In this document: piece by piece, positions 26,793-38,129 of the stretch
How the letters are laid out: each line of letters opens with the position of its first letter
Numbering within the stretch: position 1 is the stretch's first letter
Origin: Candidatus Magasanikbacteria bacterium RIFCSPHIGHO2_02_FULL_48_18
Lineage (GTDB): Bacteria; Patescibacteriota; Patescibacteriia; Magasanikbacterales; UBA922
Reading direction: 5' to 3'
DNA: 64,000 nucleotides
Assembly: GCA_001784285.1 (NCBI GenBank)
Contig: MFQC01000009.1
Coordinates: 8,828 to 72,827, forward strand
Translations under genes and position numbers: made by a program
Notes under the pieces: model-generated
What the model saw: the letters and a program-made list of their open reading frames with translations, nothing else
Databases searched by the model: none
What the model was told of the DNA's origin: nothing

Positions 26793-28027
26793 ATGGTTTT
26801 GAGTTCACGGATCTCGGCGAGATGTTTTAGTGAAAGAAAAACGACCGCGATACACCCAATGGCAAACGAAAAAAGGAAGGTATAGCGCGGATCAAGGACA
26901 ATAATAAACGATGCGCCGATAAGCAACGGAAATTCGAGCACATTATGGAGCAAATTGGAAAGGGATACGGTGGTGGCTCGGTTATAGGAAAAAAAACGCT
27001 TATGAAAAAATTCATCAAATAACGGATACCGGATGCCTTCACATATCGTAAACGCGAGAAACAAGAAAAAAAGCAGGATCGGCTGGGGATACGCAAACAA
27101 GGCGATAAGAAAAAAGAAAAATGCTGTCAAAAACCACGTATTATAGCGGTCAAGAACAACCAGTAAATTTTTTCCTTTTTGAAAACGGGAAATATACCAT
27201 AGATACAAAAAGACCACGCCATGACGTGCCGCCCATCCAGCGCCAATCACCAGAATGGAAATGCCCCTATCGAAAAAAAACTTTTGAAAGAAACTCCAGC
27301 AAATAAACACCGAAAAAAAGACAACTTCTTTATTGAGCATTGTACGAAAAAGGAGCGCGTCATTTCGCAAAAGACGCCATGCGTCAAAAAAGATTCCGGA
27401 TTCGATTTTTTCCACATCCATCGTATGTCTTGGCTCGGTAAGGCGTACGGAGAGCCAAACCGCCATAAGCGTGGCGACGACATCAATGCCAATCAAAAAA
27501 CGAAATTGGAGCGGCGATAAATCTTTTGCAATAAGAACACCAAGAACGGGGGCAACCACTTTAAACATTCTTGCGGCGGCATGAAACTTGCCAAGCGCGT
27601 CCAATGTGGTCACTTCACGGCCGAGTTCGCGTTCCGTATCATAGAGAAGCGCCTGATCGGTCCCTGAAAAACACGCGAAAGAAACGCCATACACTATCAT
27701 CGCGATTGAGAGCTCCGCAAAACCTTCCGCAAAAAAAAGAACCACCCAGTGAAGAACCATAAGGCTCGTTCCAAGCATAATGGTTTTTTTTCGCCCCCAC
27801 CGATCGGCAAGATAACTTGATGGTATTTCAAATACCAGGCTCCCGGCCGCCCAAAAAAGATTCAACAAAAAAATTTCCGACAAGGCAATGCCCCGGCTCA
27901 GATAAAACAGAGAAAGAACGATATTCAGCATCTTGATATTGAGAAGCGCCCGAATCCAAAAAAGCCGGGAAGAGTTTTTTTCAAGATATTGTTTTCGTGC
28001 GTCATCCACCGCCATACCACGCGTCAA
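26789..28027 (-). CDS. MFS transporter
   Basis: About 12 hydrophobic segments; EIPSSYLADRWGRK motif A; SGTDQALLYD. Confidence 0.85.
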   Translation of the reverse strand: MTRGMAVDDARKQYLEKNSSRLFWIRALLNIKMLNIVLSLFYLSRGIALSEIFLLNLFWAAGSLVFEIPSSYLADRWGRKKTIMLGTSLMVLHWVVLFFAEGFAELSIAMIVYGVSFACFSGTDQALLYDTERELGREVTTLDALGKFHAAARMFKVVAPVLGVLIAKDLSPLQFRFLIGIDVVATLMAVWLSVRLTEPRHTMDVEKIESGIFFDAWRLLRNDALLFRTMLNKEVVFFSVFICWSFFQKFFFDRGISILVIGAGWAARHGVVFLYLWYISRFQKGKNLLVVLDRYNTWFLTAFFFFLIALFAYPQPILLFFLFLAFTICEGIRYPLFDEFFHKRFFSYNRATTVSLSNLLHNVLEFPLLIGASFIIVLDPRYTFLFSFAIGCIAVVFLSLKHLAEIRELKTI

Positions 28028-28668
28028 AAATAATCAAAGTGCACTTCGCCTTGTCGCAATACCTGAATTTTCCCCTCATCAATGCGGACAATCGTGGAGG
28101 GATTGTGGTGCGGCAGTGGTCCGGCGTCAATAATAATATCCGGTTGCTCGGCTTCACGCGAAAACATGGAGATGACCCCCTCAATATCATAGGGACTTTC
28201 AAGCGAAGCGATATTGGCCGAGGTGGAAACAAGCGGCGCCTTGAGTTCTTCCACCACATCCCGCACAAAATCATAGCCGGAAATACGAAACGCAATGGTG
28301 TGGTCACGGCCCACAACGCCCGGCGCGAGCAGGGCGTGTTCTGCCATTGGCACAACAACGGTGAGCGGGCCGGGCCAATACCGGTCAGCGATTTTTTCAA
28401 GGAGCGGAGACCACGGCACATACGCCATGGCCATCTCAACCGAAGAAAAAATAACCAGAACCGGCTTGTCTTTTTGACGTTTTTTGATTTCGAATACCCG
28501 CCCCACTGCCGCCGTGTTTGTGGCGTCGCATCCCAGCCCGTAGCAGGTCTCCGTCGGATACGCAAGCGTTTTGCCCTGTCTCAGGAGTGTCGCCAAGAGA
28601 GGCACAGCAACATTTTTTTCCGCGATAATTTCCATAGACAAAAATTTTACGCGCTCTTTTTTTTCCAT
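28024..28668 (-). CDS. tsaC: L-threonylcarbamoyladenylate synthase (TsaC/Sua5/YrdC)
   Basis: YPTETCYGLG, IKKR, WPGPLT, STSAN motifs. Confidence 0.92.
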   Translation of the reverse strand: MEKKERVKFLSMEIIAEKNVAVPLLATLLRQGKTLAYPTETCYGLGCDATNTAAVGRVFEIKKRQKDKPVLVIFSSVEMAMAYVPWSPLLEKIADRYWPGPLTVVVPMAEHALLAPGVVGRDHTIAFRISGYDFVRDVVEELKAPLVSTSANIASLESPYDIEGVISMFSREAEQPDIIIDAGPLPHHNPSTIVRIDEGKIQVLRQGEVHFDYF

Positions 28669-29759
28669 CGGAGATACGCTTCCACAAAGCCGCTCAAATC
28701 GCCGTCCAATACGGCATCGGGGTCGTTTTCTTCGTAGCGGGTCCGAATGTCTTTCACCATTTTATATGGGTGGAGCACATACGAACGAATTTGATTGCCC
28801 CACTCCGCGCTCTTGTATTCGCCGCGCAACTCTTGGCGTTCTTTTTCTTCTTCCTCTTCTTTTAGGGTCTGCAATTTTGATTGTAAAATCCGCATGGCCG
28901 TTTCTTTGTTCTGCAGTTGAGATCGCTCATTTTGGCACTGCACCGTTATGCCGGTTGGAATATGAACAATGCGAACCGCACTGTACGTGGTATTCACGCT
29001 TTGCCCTCCATGCCCGCCGGACATAAACGTATCAATGCGAAGATCTTTCGAGTCAATCATAACCGATTCTCCATGTTCCAATTCCGGTATCACTTCAATC
29101 AGCGCAAAAGACGTATGCCGCATCTTTTCCGCGTCAAACGGGGAGATGCGGACCAATCGGTGCGTGCCGTGTTCTGACTGGAGGTGCCCATACGCATATC
29201 GGCCCTCCACGCGAAATACGGCCGACTTGATCCCCGCCTCCTGGCCCCGCGACTCATCAAGCGTCGTTGTTTTCCATCCTTGCTTTTCACAGTAGCGAAG
29301 AAGCATCCGGAGAAGCATTTCCGCCCAATCCTGCGCCTCGGTGCCGCCACTGCCGGCATGGATGCTCACAATCGCATTTTTTGTATCATGCTTCCCATCC
29401 AAGAGAAGAAAAAATTCAAGATGTTCAAAATCGGTCTCCAGCCGCTGAATGTCTTTTGCAATATCCTCGATCAAGACCGGATCGCGTTTTCCTTCCTCTT
29501 GAGACGCCAGATCTCGGCAGAGATCCAAAAGACCCACGACCTCTTGCCGCATGGTTTGCCACCGCTCTACTTCTTTCCGGATTTCTTCATGACGCTGGCT
29601 CACGTCTTTCGCCCGATCTGGATTGGCCCAAAACTGCTCGGCTTGCATCTCTCGCTCAAGGTTGTCTTGTTCAATAATTTTGCCATCAATATCCAAAAGA
29701 TTCCACGTGGAGAGCACGCGATCCCGAAGCGCTTCAAGCCGTTTTATTTCATCTTTCAT
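28647..29759 (-). CDS. prfB: peptide chain release factor 2 (uninterrupted ORF)
   Basis: GGTEAQDWA, SPF tripeptide, GGQ, WGNQIRSYV. Confidence 0.96.
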   Translation of the reverse strand: MKDEIKRLEALRDRVLSTWNLLDIDGKIIEQDNLEREMQAEQFWANPDRAKDVSQRHEEIRKEVERWQTMRQEVVGLLDLCRDLASQEEGKRDPVLIEDIAKDIQRLETDFEHLEFFLLLDGKHDTKNAIVSIHAGSGGTEAQDWAEMLLRMLLRYCEKQGWKTTTLDESRGQEAGIKSAVFRVEGRYAYGHLQSEHGTHRLVRISPFDAEKMRHTSFALIEVIPELEHGESVMIDSKDLRIDTFMSGGHGGQSVNTTYSAVRIVHIPTGITVQCQNERSQLQNKETAMRILQSKLQTLKEEEEEKERQELRGEYKSAEWGNQIRSYVLHPYKMVKDIRTRYEENDPDAVLDGDLSGFVEAYLRWKKKSA

Positions 29760-29805
29760 ACATCATTTTTTCCCTTAGGCTTTTTTATCGACAAAAAAAT
29801 ATACA

Positions 29806-29836
29806 AAAAGTATCCTTTCCACCAAAGGATACTTTT
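29806..29836 (-). terminator. groEL terminator
   Basis: AAAAGTATCCTTT/AAAGGATACTTTT hairpin followed by a T-rich tract on the minus strand. Confidence 0.75.
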
Positions 29837-29869
29837 ATCCTAACCGATTATGAGAGAAAAAACAACTCT

Positions 29870-31510
<1,641 letters not shown>

Positions 31511-31532
31511 TTAGCTGAGTTATCTGAGTTGT

Positions 31533-31823
31533 TTATTTCAAAAGAGCAAGCACGTCTTCCTGAGAAATAATTTTATATTCTTCGCCGTCCACTTCCACAT
31601 CGTCCCCGCCCCATTTTTTGAAAAGAATCCTGTCTCCTTGAGACACCTCCATAGTTGAACGCTGTCCGCTTTTTAACATTTTTCCAGGACCAACCGCGAC
31701 AACCATGCCTTCGGCCTTTTTGTCCTTTTCCACAGTATCCGGAAGCACAATGCCGGATGCGGTGACTTCCTCCTCTTTGATACGTTTGACCAAAATATGG
31801 TCATTCAGTGGCTGTATATTCAT
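31533..31823 (-). CDS. groS: co-chaperonin GroES
   Basis: MNIQPLNDHILV, TASGIVLPD, VVAVGPG. Confidence 0.96.
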   Translation of the reverse strand: MNIQPLNDHILVKRIKEEEVTASGIVLPDTVEKDKKAEGMVVAVGPGKMLKSGQRSTMEVSQGDRILFKKWGGDDVEVDGEEYKIISQEDVLALLK

Positions 31824-31898
31824 ATAATAGAATATAAATAAATTGAACGTTATGAATAAAATTGAGGACTCCCCCATGGTACAGGCGGGGAATCAAGG

Positions 31899-31925
31899 TT
31901 ATCACTCTATATATTTGAGTGATAA
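31899..31925. promoter_or_regulatory. CIRCE-like operator (HrcA site), variant sequence
   Basis: TTATCACTC-N9-GAGTGATAA versus consensus TTAGCACTC-N9-GAGTGCTAA, upstream of groES. Confidence 0.8.
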
Positions 31926-31935
31926 TCCTGGTCCC

Positions 31936-31963
31936 ATTGTACCGAAAAAAAAATACCTGTCAA
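31936..31963 (-). promoter_or_regulatory. groESL sigma70 promoter
   Basis: TTGACA-16 nt-TACAAT directly upstream of the CIRCE-like site. Confidence 0.7.
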
Positions 31964-32313
31964 GCCGTGACAGCGTACACGTTTTCCACATCCCCGTCAA
32001 TGGCGGGGATGAAAAAAGCCCAGGAGTGACAACGAGCTCAAGATGCCGTCTATATATGAACCCATGATGCCTGTCAGTAACATGAATTCGATAGCGAGCA
32101 TTTGTGCCTGTTGTCAATTCTAGGCTTTTTTGAGAGTACCCTCAGTATCTCATGAGGAAACGAAAAAGTCAATCACAAAAAATACCTTTCCTTTAGCAAA
32201 AAAATGGTCAAAAATTCCTTTCTGTGGATGTTGTGTGCAAAACCTCTGCATAACTTTTTTCCTTTTTATATTCCTGCTATACTATAAGGGATTTTTATCC
32301 CGCACCGTTGCAT

Positions 32314-33228
32314 ATGAGCGGACAACTCGTCCATCATTATATACAGCAGAGACTTAAAAACGTATTTTTAAACGGTATCGCCATTACCGTGCTTTTTTTC
32401 TTTTTTCTCTATCTTCTTGCCCTTACGACTACCGCGGATACATTTTTTGCTCAAATGATTCTCCTCGGAATGGCATTTATCCTCACCATCGGCTACCTTT
32501 CCCTTATTCCCGATACAGAAAAAGAACACCATTTCCCACTTCTTCTCTTTTTTCTTCTCAATCTTCTCACGACCGCGCTCGTGTGGGCGACCGGCATTTT
32601 ACAAAGCCCGTTTATTATTCTCTACGTCGTTCTCATTATTATTACCTCTCAGCTCTATAGCTATGGATACGGCCTCGCGCAGACCTGTTTGGCGCTCGTG
32701 GGATTTGTTGGAATCTACACCGCGGCCATCCAACACCTTATTCCCTATATCACTCTCCTCCCAAAATCAACCATCGCAATCCTCTACCAGCCAACGATTG
32801 TTATTTTTGTGTATGGATCGCTCTATGGCCTGCTCTTCTTTTTTACTGTATTTTCCTCATCAAGCGCGCGTACTGTTTTGTTTCGTCCCAAAAGACATGG
32901 CGATCTCGACACGACCTACCAGGAAAAAATCATTCAGGACATGCCGGTTGGCGTTTTGATTGTGGACCACGATCTTACCATTATTGGGAACAACCCTGCC
33001 GCGTCTTTTAATTTTCCTTTCCGCGGAACCCCGGCCATGTTAACGGATTATCTGTCACTCAGTAAAATCAATCCCGCCCAAGAGCTAAAGCATCTGGCGA
33101 AAAACACGAAAGAAAAAAATCTCACCTGGAAAGTGGATACTGGCGAGGTGCTCGCGGTCACGGTTTCGGTTCGAAGAATTCCTGGAGCAAAAAAGGACGA
33201 CGATACATTTATTCTTTTTATTCAATAG
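32314..33228 (+). CDS. multi-TM membrane protein with a C-terminal PAS-like domain
   Basis: About 6 TM helices (TGILQSPFIILY), then IIQDMPVGVLIVD...NNPAA; no kinase domain follows. Confidence 0.75.
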   Translation: MSGQLVHHYIQQRLKNVFLNGIAITVLFFFFLYLLALTTTADTFFAQMILLGMAFILTIGYLSLIPDTEKEHHFPLLLFFLLNLLTTALVWATGILQSPFIILYVVLIIITSQLYSYGYGLAQTCLALVGFVGIYTAAIQHLIPYITLLPKSTIAILYQPTIVIFVYGSLYGLLFFFTVFSSSSARTVLFRPKRHGDLDTTYQEKIIQDMPVGVLIVDHDLTIIGNNPAASFNFPFRGTPAMLTDYLSLSKINPAQELKHLAKNTKEKNLTWKVDTGEVLAVTVSVRRIPGAKKDDDTFILFIQ

Positions 33229-33670
33229 GAGCAAGTTGCCACGATTTTTGCCATTCTCGGCAATGGATCGCGACGCTGCCAGGTATATTTTCTCCCGGGT
33301 AGGGCGAACCATCCTCATCAAAAAACCACACCGTACGATTTTCATCGGTGTTGTTCAAAATTGCAATGATTTCTCCGGTATAAAGCGTACGGCGTGATCT
33401 CAGACGCTCAAACATCCCAAAAGGCCCATATTCCTCAGGAAAATCGTTGAGATCCGACATATATCTGGCATCTAATGCAACACGGCATTCGCTCAGCGGG
33501 GAGCCAGCATTTTGTATTTCCAAACTCCAGGAACGTCTGTCTGCCAGGCCTTCCAAAAAAACAGAGAAGCGAATATGCACCGGATCTTCTTCATAGAATA
33601 CTTCCGTCAAATCCTTAGACTGGCGCCCTCTACAAATATAACCTCCTTGGAGCGACCAATGCAAACACAC
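33218..33670 (-). CDS. hypothetical protein
   Basis: 150-aa ORF filling the gap downstream of the lipoprotein gene; start uncertain. Confidence 0.45.
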   Translation of the reverse strand: MCLHWSLQGGYICRGRQSKDLTEVFYEEDPVHIRFSVFLEGLADRRSWSLEIQNAGSPLSECRVALDARYMSDLNDFPEEYGPFGMFERLRSRRTLYTGEIIAILNNTDENRTVWFFDEDGSPYPGENIPGSVAIHCREWQKSWQLAPIE

Positions 33671-33684
33671 CGGCCGCTCTATCT

Positions 33685-34179
33685 TTATTCTTCTTTCAGG
33701 GTCGCGAGGTCGTCGTCGTTATACTCGAGGTCGGAAATCCCGAGGTACTCGGGATCGTACGGTTCCGAACCGTAGTAGAGCGCTTCGATATCGCCGATAT
33801 CGACAGTCGGTTCATCATCTCTCAGCTCGAAGGCGTAGTCCTTCTGGAACATGCCGTTTCCGGACGAACGACTGACGAGCAAGAGATAAGAGCCGGCGCC
33901 GGGAACGGAGAGAACAAAGCGTCCAACCGCGTCCGTGTTGGCCGTGGAGATAGCCGCGCTCATGTCGGCCCGATCGAGAACCATGACCTCGGCATCCGGT
34001 AGCGCCACGGTGTCGAAAGACACCATGCCGGTGAGCTCGGTCCCCAAAGCCGCGAGAGAGGCCTGAGAGGAGGCGTACTGGTCTTCGAAATCGGTGTCGC
34101 AACCGGCGGCGAAGAACCCGAACGCCAAGAGAGAAAAGAACCACGTGACAATCCGCTTCATGCGGGACGTGATGTACAT
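33685..34179 (-). CDS. GC-rich putative lipoprotein with a carboxypeptidase-regulatory-like beta-sandwich
   Basis: AAAGGAGG Shine-Dalgarno; lipobox FAAGC; LTGMV...ANTDAVGRFVL...GSYLLLV. Confidence 0.7.
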   Translation of the reverse strand: MYITSRMKRIVTWFFSLLAFGFFAAGCDTDFEDQYASSQASLAALGTELTGMVSFDTVALPDAEVMVLDRADMSAAISTANTDAVGRFVLSVPGAGSYLLLVSRSSGNGMFQKDYAFELRDDEPTVDIGDIEALYYGSEPYDPEYLGISDLEYNDDDLATLKEE

Positions 34180-34279
34180 GATGTCACCTCCTTTGTTGTG
34201 GGACATGCACACCAACCAGAACACTAGAACCAAGCATAACACTTTTTGGGTGTATCAAAAAGGTGCGCTGTGGATAACA

Positions 34280-34693
34280 TTATCGCCCGCCATATTCTTT
34301 TTTTTCATCAAGTGGCAAAACCAATAATACACACAATGTCCTGCCTTGAGACGATACATAGACACTCACCTGTTCAAACTGAATGGGCGTGCGGTCAATA
34401 TCAATAGTATGTTGCATACAATAATGCCGCGCCGTCCGAAAAATTCGTTTCCGTTTCTCCGCTCCTGTCGCCCATTCGGCTGTCCCTTTTTCTTTTGCAT
34501 GTTGCCGCGTTTTTACTTCGATAAAACAGAGCGTCCCTCCAAAATGGGGTTTGGCATGGCGGGCAATAATATCAATTTCTCCCGAACGAATGCGGTAATT
34601 CCGTTCTATAATGTGATACCCTTTCTGCAATAAAAAAAGAACGGCCTGTTCTTCTCCCCAATCGCCAAATCGGCGTTTTTTTGTCTGCGGCAT
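34280..34693 (-). CDS. YraN/UPF0102 family nuclease-like protein
   Basis: GDWGEEQA, ERNYR..SGEIDII, FIEVKTR. Confidence 0.9.
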   Translation of the reverse strand: MPQTKKRRFGDWGEEQAVLFLLQKGYHIIERNYRIRSGEIDIIARHAKPHFGGTLCFIEVKTRQHAKEKGTAEWATGAEKRKRIFRTARHYCMQHTIDIDRTPIQFEQVSVYVSSQGRTLCVLLVLPLDEKKEYGGR

Positions 34694-34726
34694 ACCCTCC
34701 TTCTCAAAAATTATTTTCCATTTTCA

Positions 34727-35278
34727 TCACTGCTGTTGAAATAAAATAATCCCATGATGATACGGGCCGCTATCAAACTGTTCTTGAATCACCAAACCGT
34801 GCCGTTTTGCCCACTGGCCAACTGTTGCAAAATCAACCACCTGTTGCAATGACGGGCCAAATCCCGGCCCTGGTTTTTTCCAATCAACAATCACAATGCG
34901 GGCTTTGTCCCGCAAAAGACGCACTGCTTCGTCAAGCGGAGCAAACATATTGGACATCGTCCATACTATATTCACCAAAAAAACAACATCCAACGAATGT
35001 TCCGGAATGGAAACCGATCCTTTTTTTTCAATATCGGCCCATAACGTATGAATATTGTGCAGATGATGGGTCGCGGCTGTCTTTTGGATATCAAGGATCA
35101 CATCTTGCAAAATATCCACCGCATAGATAATCCCATCGTCCCCAATAATTTTGGAAAGAGGAAAAACAATATGTCCGGTTCTGCCGCAACCAAAATCCGC
35201 CGCATGCATTCCGGGATGAAGATGTATTTTTTCAAAAATGAGATGCGGATCGACGAGCCGATCGCCACTGTGGTACAT
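34727..35278 (-). CDS. class I SAM-dependent methyltransferase
   Basis: ADFGCGRTG, YAVDI, IVIVDW. Confidence 0.85.
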   Translation of the reverse strand: MYHSGDRLVDPHLIFEKIHLHPGMHAADFGCGRTGHIVFPLSKIIGDDGIIYAVDILQDVILDIQKTAATHHLHNIHTLWADIEKKGSVSIPEHSLDVVFLVNIVWTMSNMFAPLDEAVRLLRDKARIVIVDWKKPGPGFGPSLQQVVDFATVGQWAKRHGLVIQEQFDSGPYHHGIILFQQQ

Positions 35279-35286
35279 AGAATGCG

Positions 35287-35526
35287 TTATTGGAGACGTC
35301 CAAAAAGCGGAGCAAAAATGCTCAAAATAACACTGCCAAGAATTCCGGAAACGCCGAGAAGCGCAAGAAGAATAATGGCGATACCAACAAATTTATATAA
35401 TGAGCGAGTGGGAATGCCATGCTGTTCGGCCCACGAACTTGATCCAAAATTTTCAAAAAACCACTCGGTTTTCATAATAAGCAAGCTCCCCGCCGCAATG
35501 GCAATGAGCGCGATAATGTATTTCAT
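35287..35526 (-). CDS. small membrane protein
   Basis: Two hydrophobic helices flanking FGSSSWAE; tightly packed in the operon. Confidence 0.7.
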   Translation of the reverse strand: MKYIIALIAIAAGSLLIMKTEWFFENFGSSSWAEQHGIPTRSLYKFVGIAIILLALLGVSGILGSVILSIFAPLFGRLQ

Positions 35527-35538
35527 ATACCAAAAATA

Positions 35539-35892
35539 TTACCGTTTATAATCATCTTCAAGCCGGACAATGTCATCTTCTCCAAAATACGTTCCCCGCT
35601 GTACTTCAATAAAAATAAGATCTTCTTTCCCTCGATTGCCAATGCGGTGCTTTGTCTCAAAATCAACTTTGATGGTATCCCCCGGGACAACGACTTGCTC
35701 TTTGTCATTCAAAATCACAAACCCTTCTCCCTGGATAATCACCCAATGTTCCGTCCGTTTGGCATGATATTGATAACTCAGCCGATGCCCTGGCCAAACG
35801 ACGATCTGTTTTACTTTGTGGGTTGGCGTATCGAGGAGCACAAGGAAGCCTCCCCACGGCCGCTCTTCGGTAAATGAATAATAGTCTGTCAT
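35539..35892 (-). CDS. mannose-6-phosphate isomerase type II C-terminal cupin protein
   Basis: RPWGGF, LSYQYH..RTEHW, IEVQRG.Y.GEDDIVRLEDDY. Confidence 0.9.
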   Translation of the reverse strand: MTDYYSFTEERPWGGFLVLLDTPTHKVKQIVVWPGHRLSYQYHAKRTEHWVIIQGEGFVILNDKEQVVVPGDTIKVDFETKHRIGNRGKEDLIFIEVQRGTYFGEDDIVRLEDDYKR

Positions 35893-37199
35893 AATTCCTT
35901 ATTTTTTTTAAACAACAAATCCTTCGTTAATTTTTTTCCCAACTCCACTCCCGGCTGGCTATAGGCATCCACATCAAAAAACTCGCCAAGAAATGCCACC
36001 GACCCTTCAAATAAAAACAAAAGCTGTCCGAGATGGAACGGATCAATGCGGTCAATCGTGATGGTCAAATTTGGCCGATCATGGCGCGTCAGCGCCATGG
36101 ACGTTCCTTTTTGCTCCGCATCCAACAATGCGTTGAACGACGCACCCCTCAAATACTGCAACGCCGGTTCTTTGGAAAAACGGCATGGAATGGGAACGGT
36201 TTTTGCCAAAGAACGAACCGAAAGAAACATGACTAATTTATCGTTGGGGCCTTCCATATAAAGCTGTATTTGCGAATGCTGATCGGTCGTTCCGAGCGCC
36301 GATACGGGCGTCAACCCCGCATGGACAACGTTGCTGGACCGGTCTTTCTCTTTCCCAATGCTCTCAGCCAACAGCTGGCTATACCACTCGGAGAAACGCG
36401 CCAATTTTTGCGCGTATGGCATCATGACGACTATATTTTTTCCTTTGTGAAAAAGAAGATATTGCGCCGCCGCCAGCTGAAACGGATAATTTTTTTCAAA
36501 TGACAAAGAGAAAAAACGATCGCGCATGTCTCGCGCGCCGGCAAGAATTTTTTGAATGTCAATGCCAAGGAGAGCCGCCGGAACAAGCCCGACCGAACTC
36601 AACACAGAAAATCGCCCACCAACATCCGCGTGATCAATGGCCGGCAATTCCGTCTGTTTCGCAATCTGTCGCAACAATCCTTTCTGTGGATCGGTAATGA
36701 ACAAAACATGTTCGCGAATATCCAATTTTTTCTTTTGTAAAAGATTCGTAACATAAAAAAATTGGGATACGACTTCCGGCGTCTCCCCGGATTTCGATAT
36801 GACCAAAAATAACGTCTTTTTGAAATCAATAATTTCTTGTATTTCCAATATCAACACCGGATCTATATTATCCAAAACATACAACCGCGGTATTTTTTGT
36901 TGAACACGTTCATGAGAAAAAAGATGCCCCAGGCTCTCCGCAAGACACCGCGCGCCAAGCGCAGACCCGCCAATACCACAAATCACAATCGCGTCATAGC
37001 ATCCGCGATTTTTTTTTGCAAAATCCAATATGTCCTTGATGCTTTTCGCATCATCAAGCATTTCATGAAAATGCTGTCCTCGGCCATGAAACTGTTTAAG
37101 AAAAGGCTTGAGGAATTTTTTTGTCTTAGCCAGTTCTTTTTTTTGAAGCCCATGCGATGGTTCGACGCGGAACAAATTGGAAAAATCAATCGAAAGCAT
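35889..37199 (-). CDS. pgi: glucose-6-phosphate isomerase
   Basis: GIGGSALG, ISKSGET, VGGRFSVLS, QLLAESIGK, DQHSQ, QPGVELGK. Confidence 0.95.
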   Translation of the reverse strand: MLSIDFSNLFRVEPSHGLQKKELAKTKKFLKPFLKQFHGRGQHFHEMLDDAKSIKDILDFAKKNRGCYDAIVICGIGGSALGARCLAESLGHLFSHERVQQKIPRLYVLDNIDPVLILEIQEIIDFKKTLFLVISKSGETPEVVSQFFYVTNLLQKKKLDIREHVLFITDPQKGLLRQIAKQTELPAIDHADVGGRFSVLSSVGLVPAALLGIDIQKILAGARDMRDRFFSLSFEKNYPFQLAAAQYLLFHKGKNIVVMMPYAQKLARFSEWYSQLLAESIGKEKDRSSNVVHAGLTPVSALGTTDQHSQIQLYMEGPNDKLVMFLSVRSLAKTVPIPCRFSKEPALQYLRGASFNALLDAEQKGTSMALTRHDRPNLTITIDRIDPFHLGQLLFLFEGSVAFLGEFFDVDAYSQPGVELGKKLTKDLLFKKNKEL

Positions 37200-37200
37200 A

Positions 37201-37455
37201 TTACGCGTTCAATTTTTCCATAAGTTTGCCTTGTGCCTGAAGTTCGGCAAGGTCGTCAAATCCGCCAATAAATTCTTCTCCAATAAAAATCATGGGGACC
37301 GTTTGCCACTTGTAGGTTTCCACAAGCCGATTTCTCAATGTTTGATCCGCTCCAACATCAATTTCTTCGTATGACACACCTAGCGCTTGGAACAGTTTTT
37401 TTGCCCGCATGCAATAGGGACAAGACATGGTGGTATAAATTTTGACCGGCTTCAT
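37201..37455 (-). CDS. grxC: glutaredoxin (Grx3-like)
   Basis: CPYC, TVP, IGGFDDL. Confidence 0.88.
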   Translation of the reverse strand: MKPVKIYTTMSCPYCMRAKKLFQALGVSYEEIDVGADQTLRNRLVETYKWQTVPMIFIGEEFIGGFDDLAELQAQGKLMEKLNA

Positions 37456-37540
37456 ATCAAAAAGTTAAAAGTATCCTTCCTCCTGTATCATATCAAAAAA
37501 AAACCGTACCGACCAGCTTGTGAGATAAGAAGAAAACACC

Positions 37541-37795
37541 TCATCTCCAATTTTTTTCTTTCTGCAAAAGTTCTCCCTTACTTTTTCCCAAAAGATTGTT
37601 ATACCCGCCCAATGATCCATCAGACCGAATAACACGATGACATGGAATAGTTTTATCCGTATTCCGCTTCACAATGTGACCCACCGCGCGAGCGGCATTT
37701 TCATTTCCCGCTTTTTTCGCCACTTCTTTATAGGTCATGGTCTTGCCTTTTGGAATGGCGCGGACAACAGAAAGAACTCGGTCGGTAAATGTCAT
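37541..37795 (-). CDS. stand-alone O6-methylguanine-DNA methyltransferase (MGMT) domain protein
   Basis: IPKGKTMTY, AARAVG, PCHRV with the acceptor Cys. Confidence 0.9.
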   Translation of the reverse strand: MTFTDRVLSVVRAIPKGKTMTYKEVAKKAGNENAARAVGHIVKRNTDKTIPCHRVIRSDGSLGGYNNLLGKSKGELLQKEKNWR

Positions 37796-37868
37796 ATCTT
37801 ATGCTTTTATTTCCGGGCAATAGTCAAACATGAATTGAAACCACGTCTTGTAACTCTCGGCCAATGGT

Positions 37869-38129
37869 TTATTTGTACAATTCACTATGCGTGCCAATCG
37901 CAAAGAATCGGAGATCACCATTTTTTTCTTCTAGAAAAATCGTCCGCCAATCTCCTGTGACATTAATACTCACCTTACCCTCAAACGGACCATGGAGAGG
38001 ATGATAATGAAGAGATGGATGAGATCGATTCTCCAAAAATAATTTAAGACGTTCATCAAAACTCTCGTGAATATACTTAGGTGCTTTTTGATATTGTTTT
38101 AAAAATCTCTTTGCGTAAAAGATTGTCAT
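37869..38129 (-). CDS. RelE/YafQ-family toxin
   Basis: HPLHG, SINVTGDWR, IGTHSELY. Confidence 0.88.
   Translation of the reverse strand: MTIFYAKRFLKQYQKAPKYIHESFDERLKLFLENRSHPSLHYHPLHGPFEGKVSINVTGDWRTIFLEEKNGDLRFFAIGTHSELYK

Noticed and set aside
31980-34277. Replication origin from DnaA-box-like sequences (31982, 32223-32255, 34269)
   Set aside because: Only one perfect box, the rest scattered and degenerate; no dnaA/dnaN nearby.
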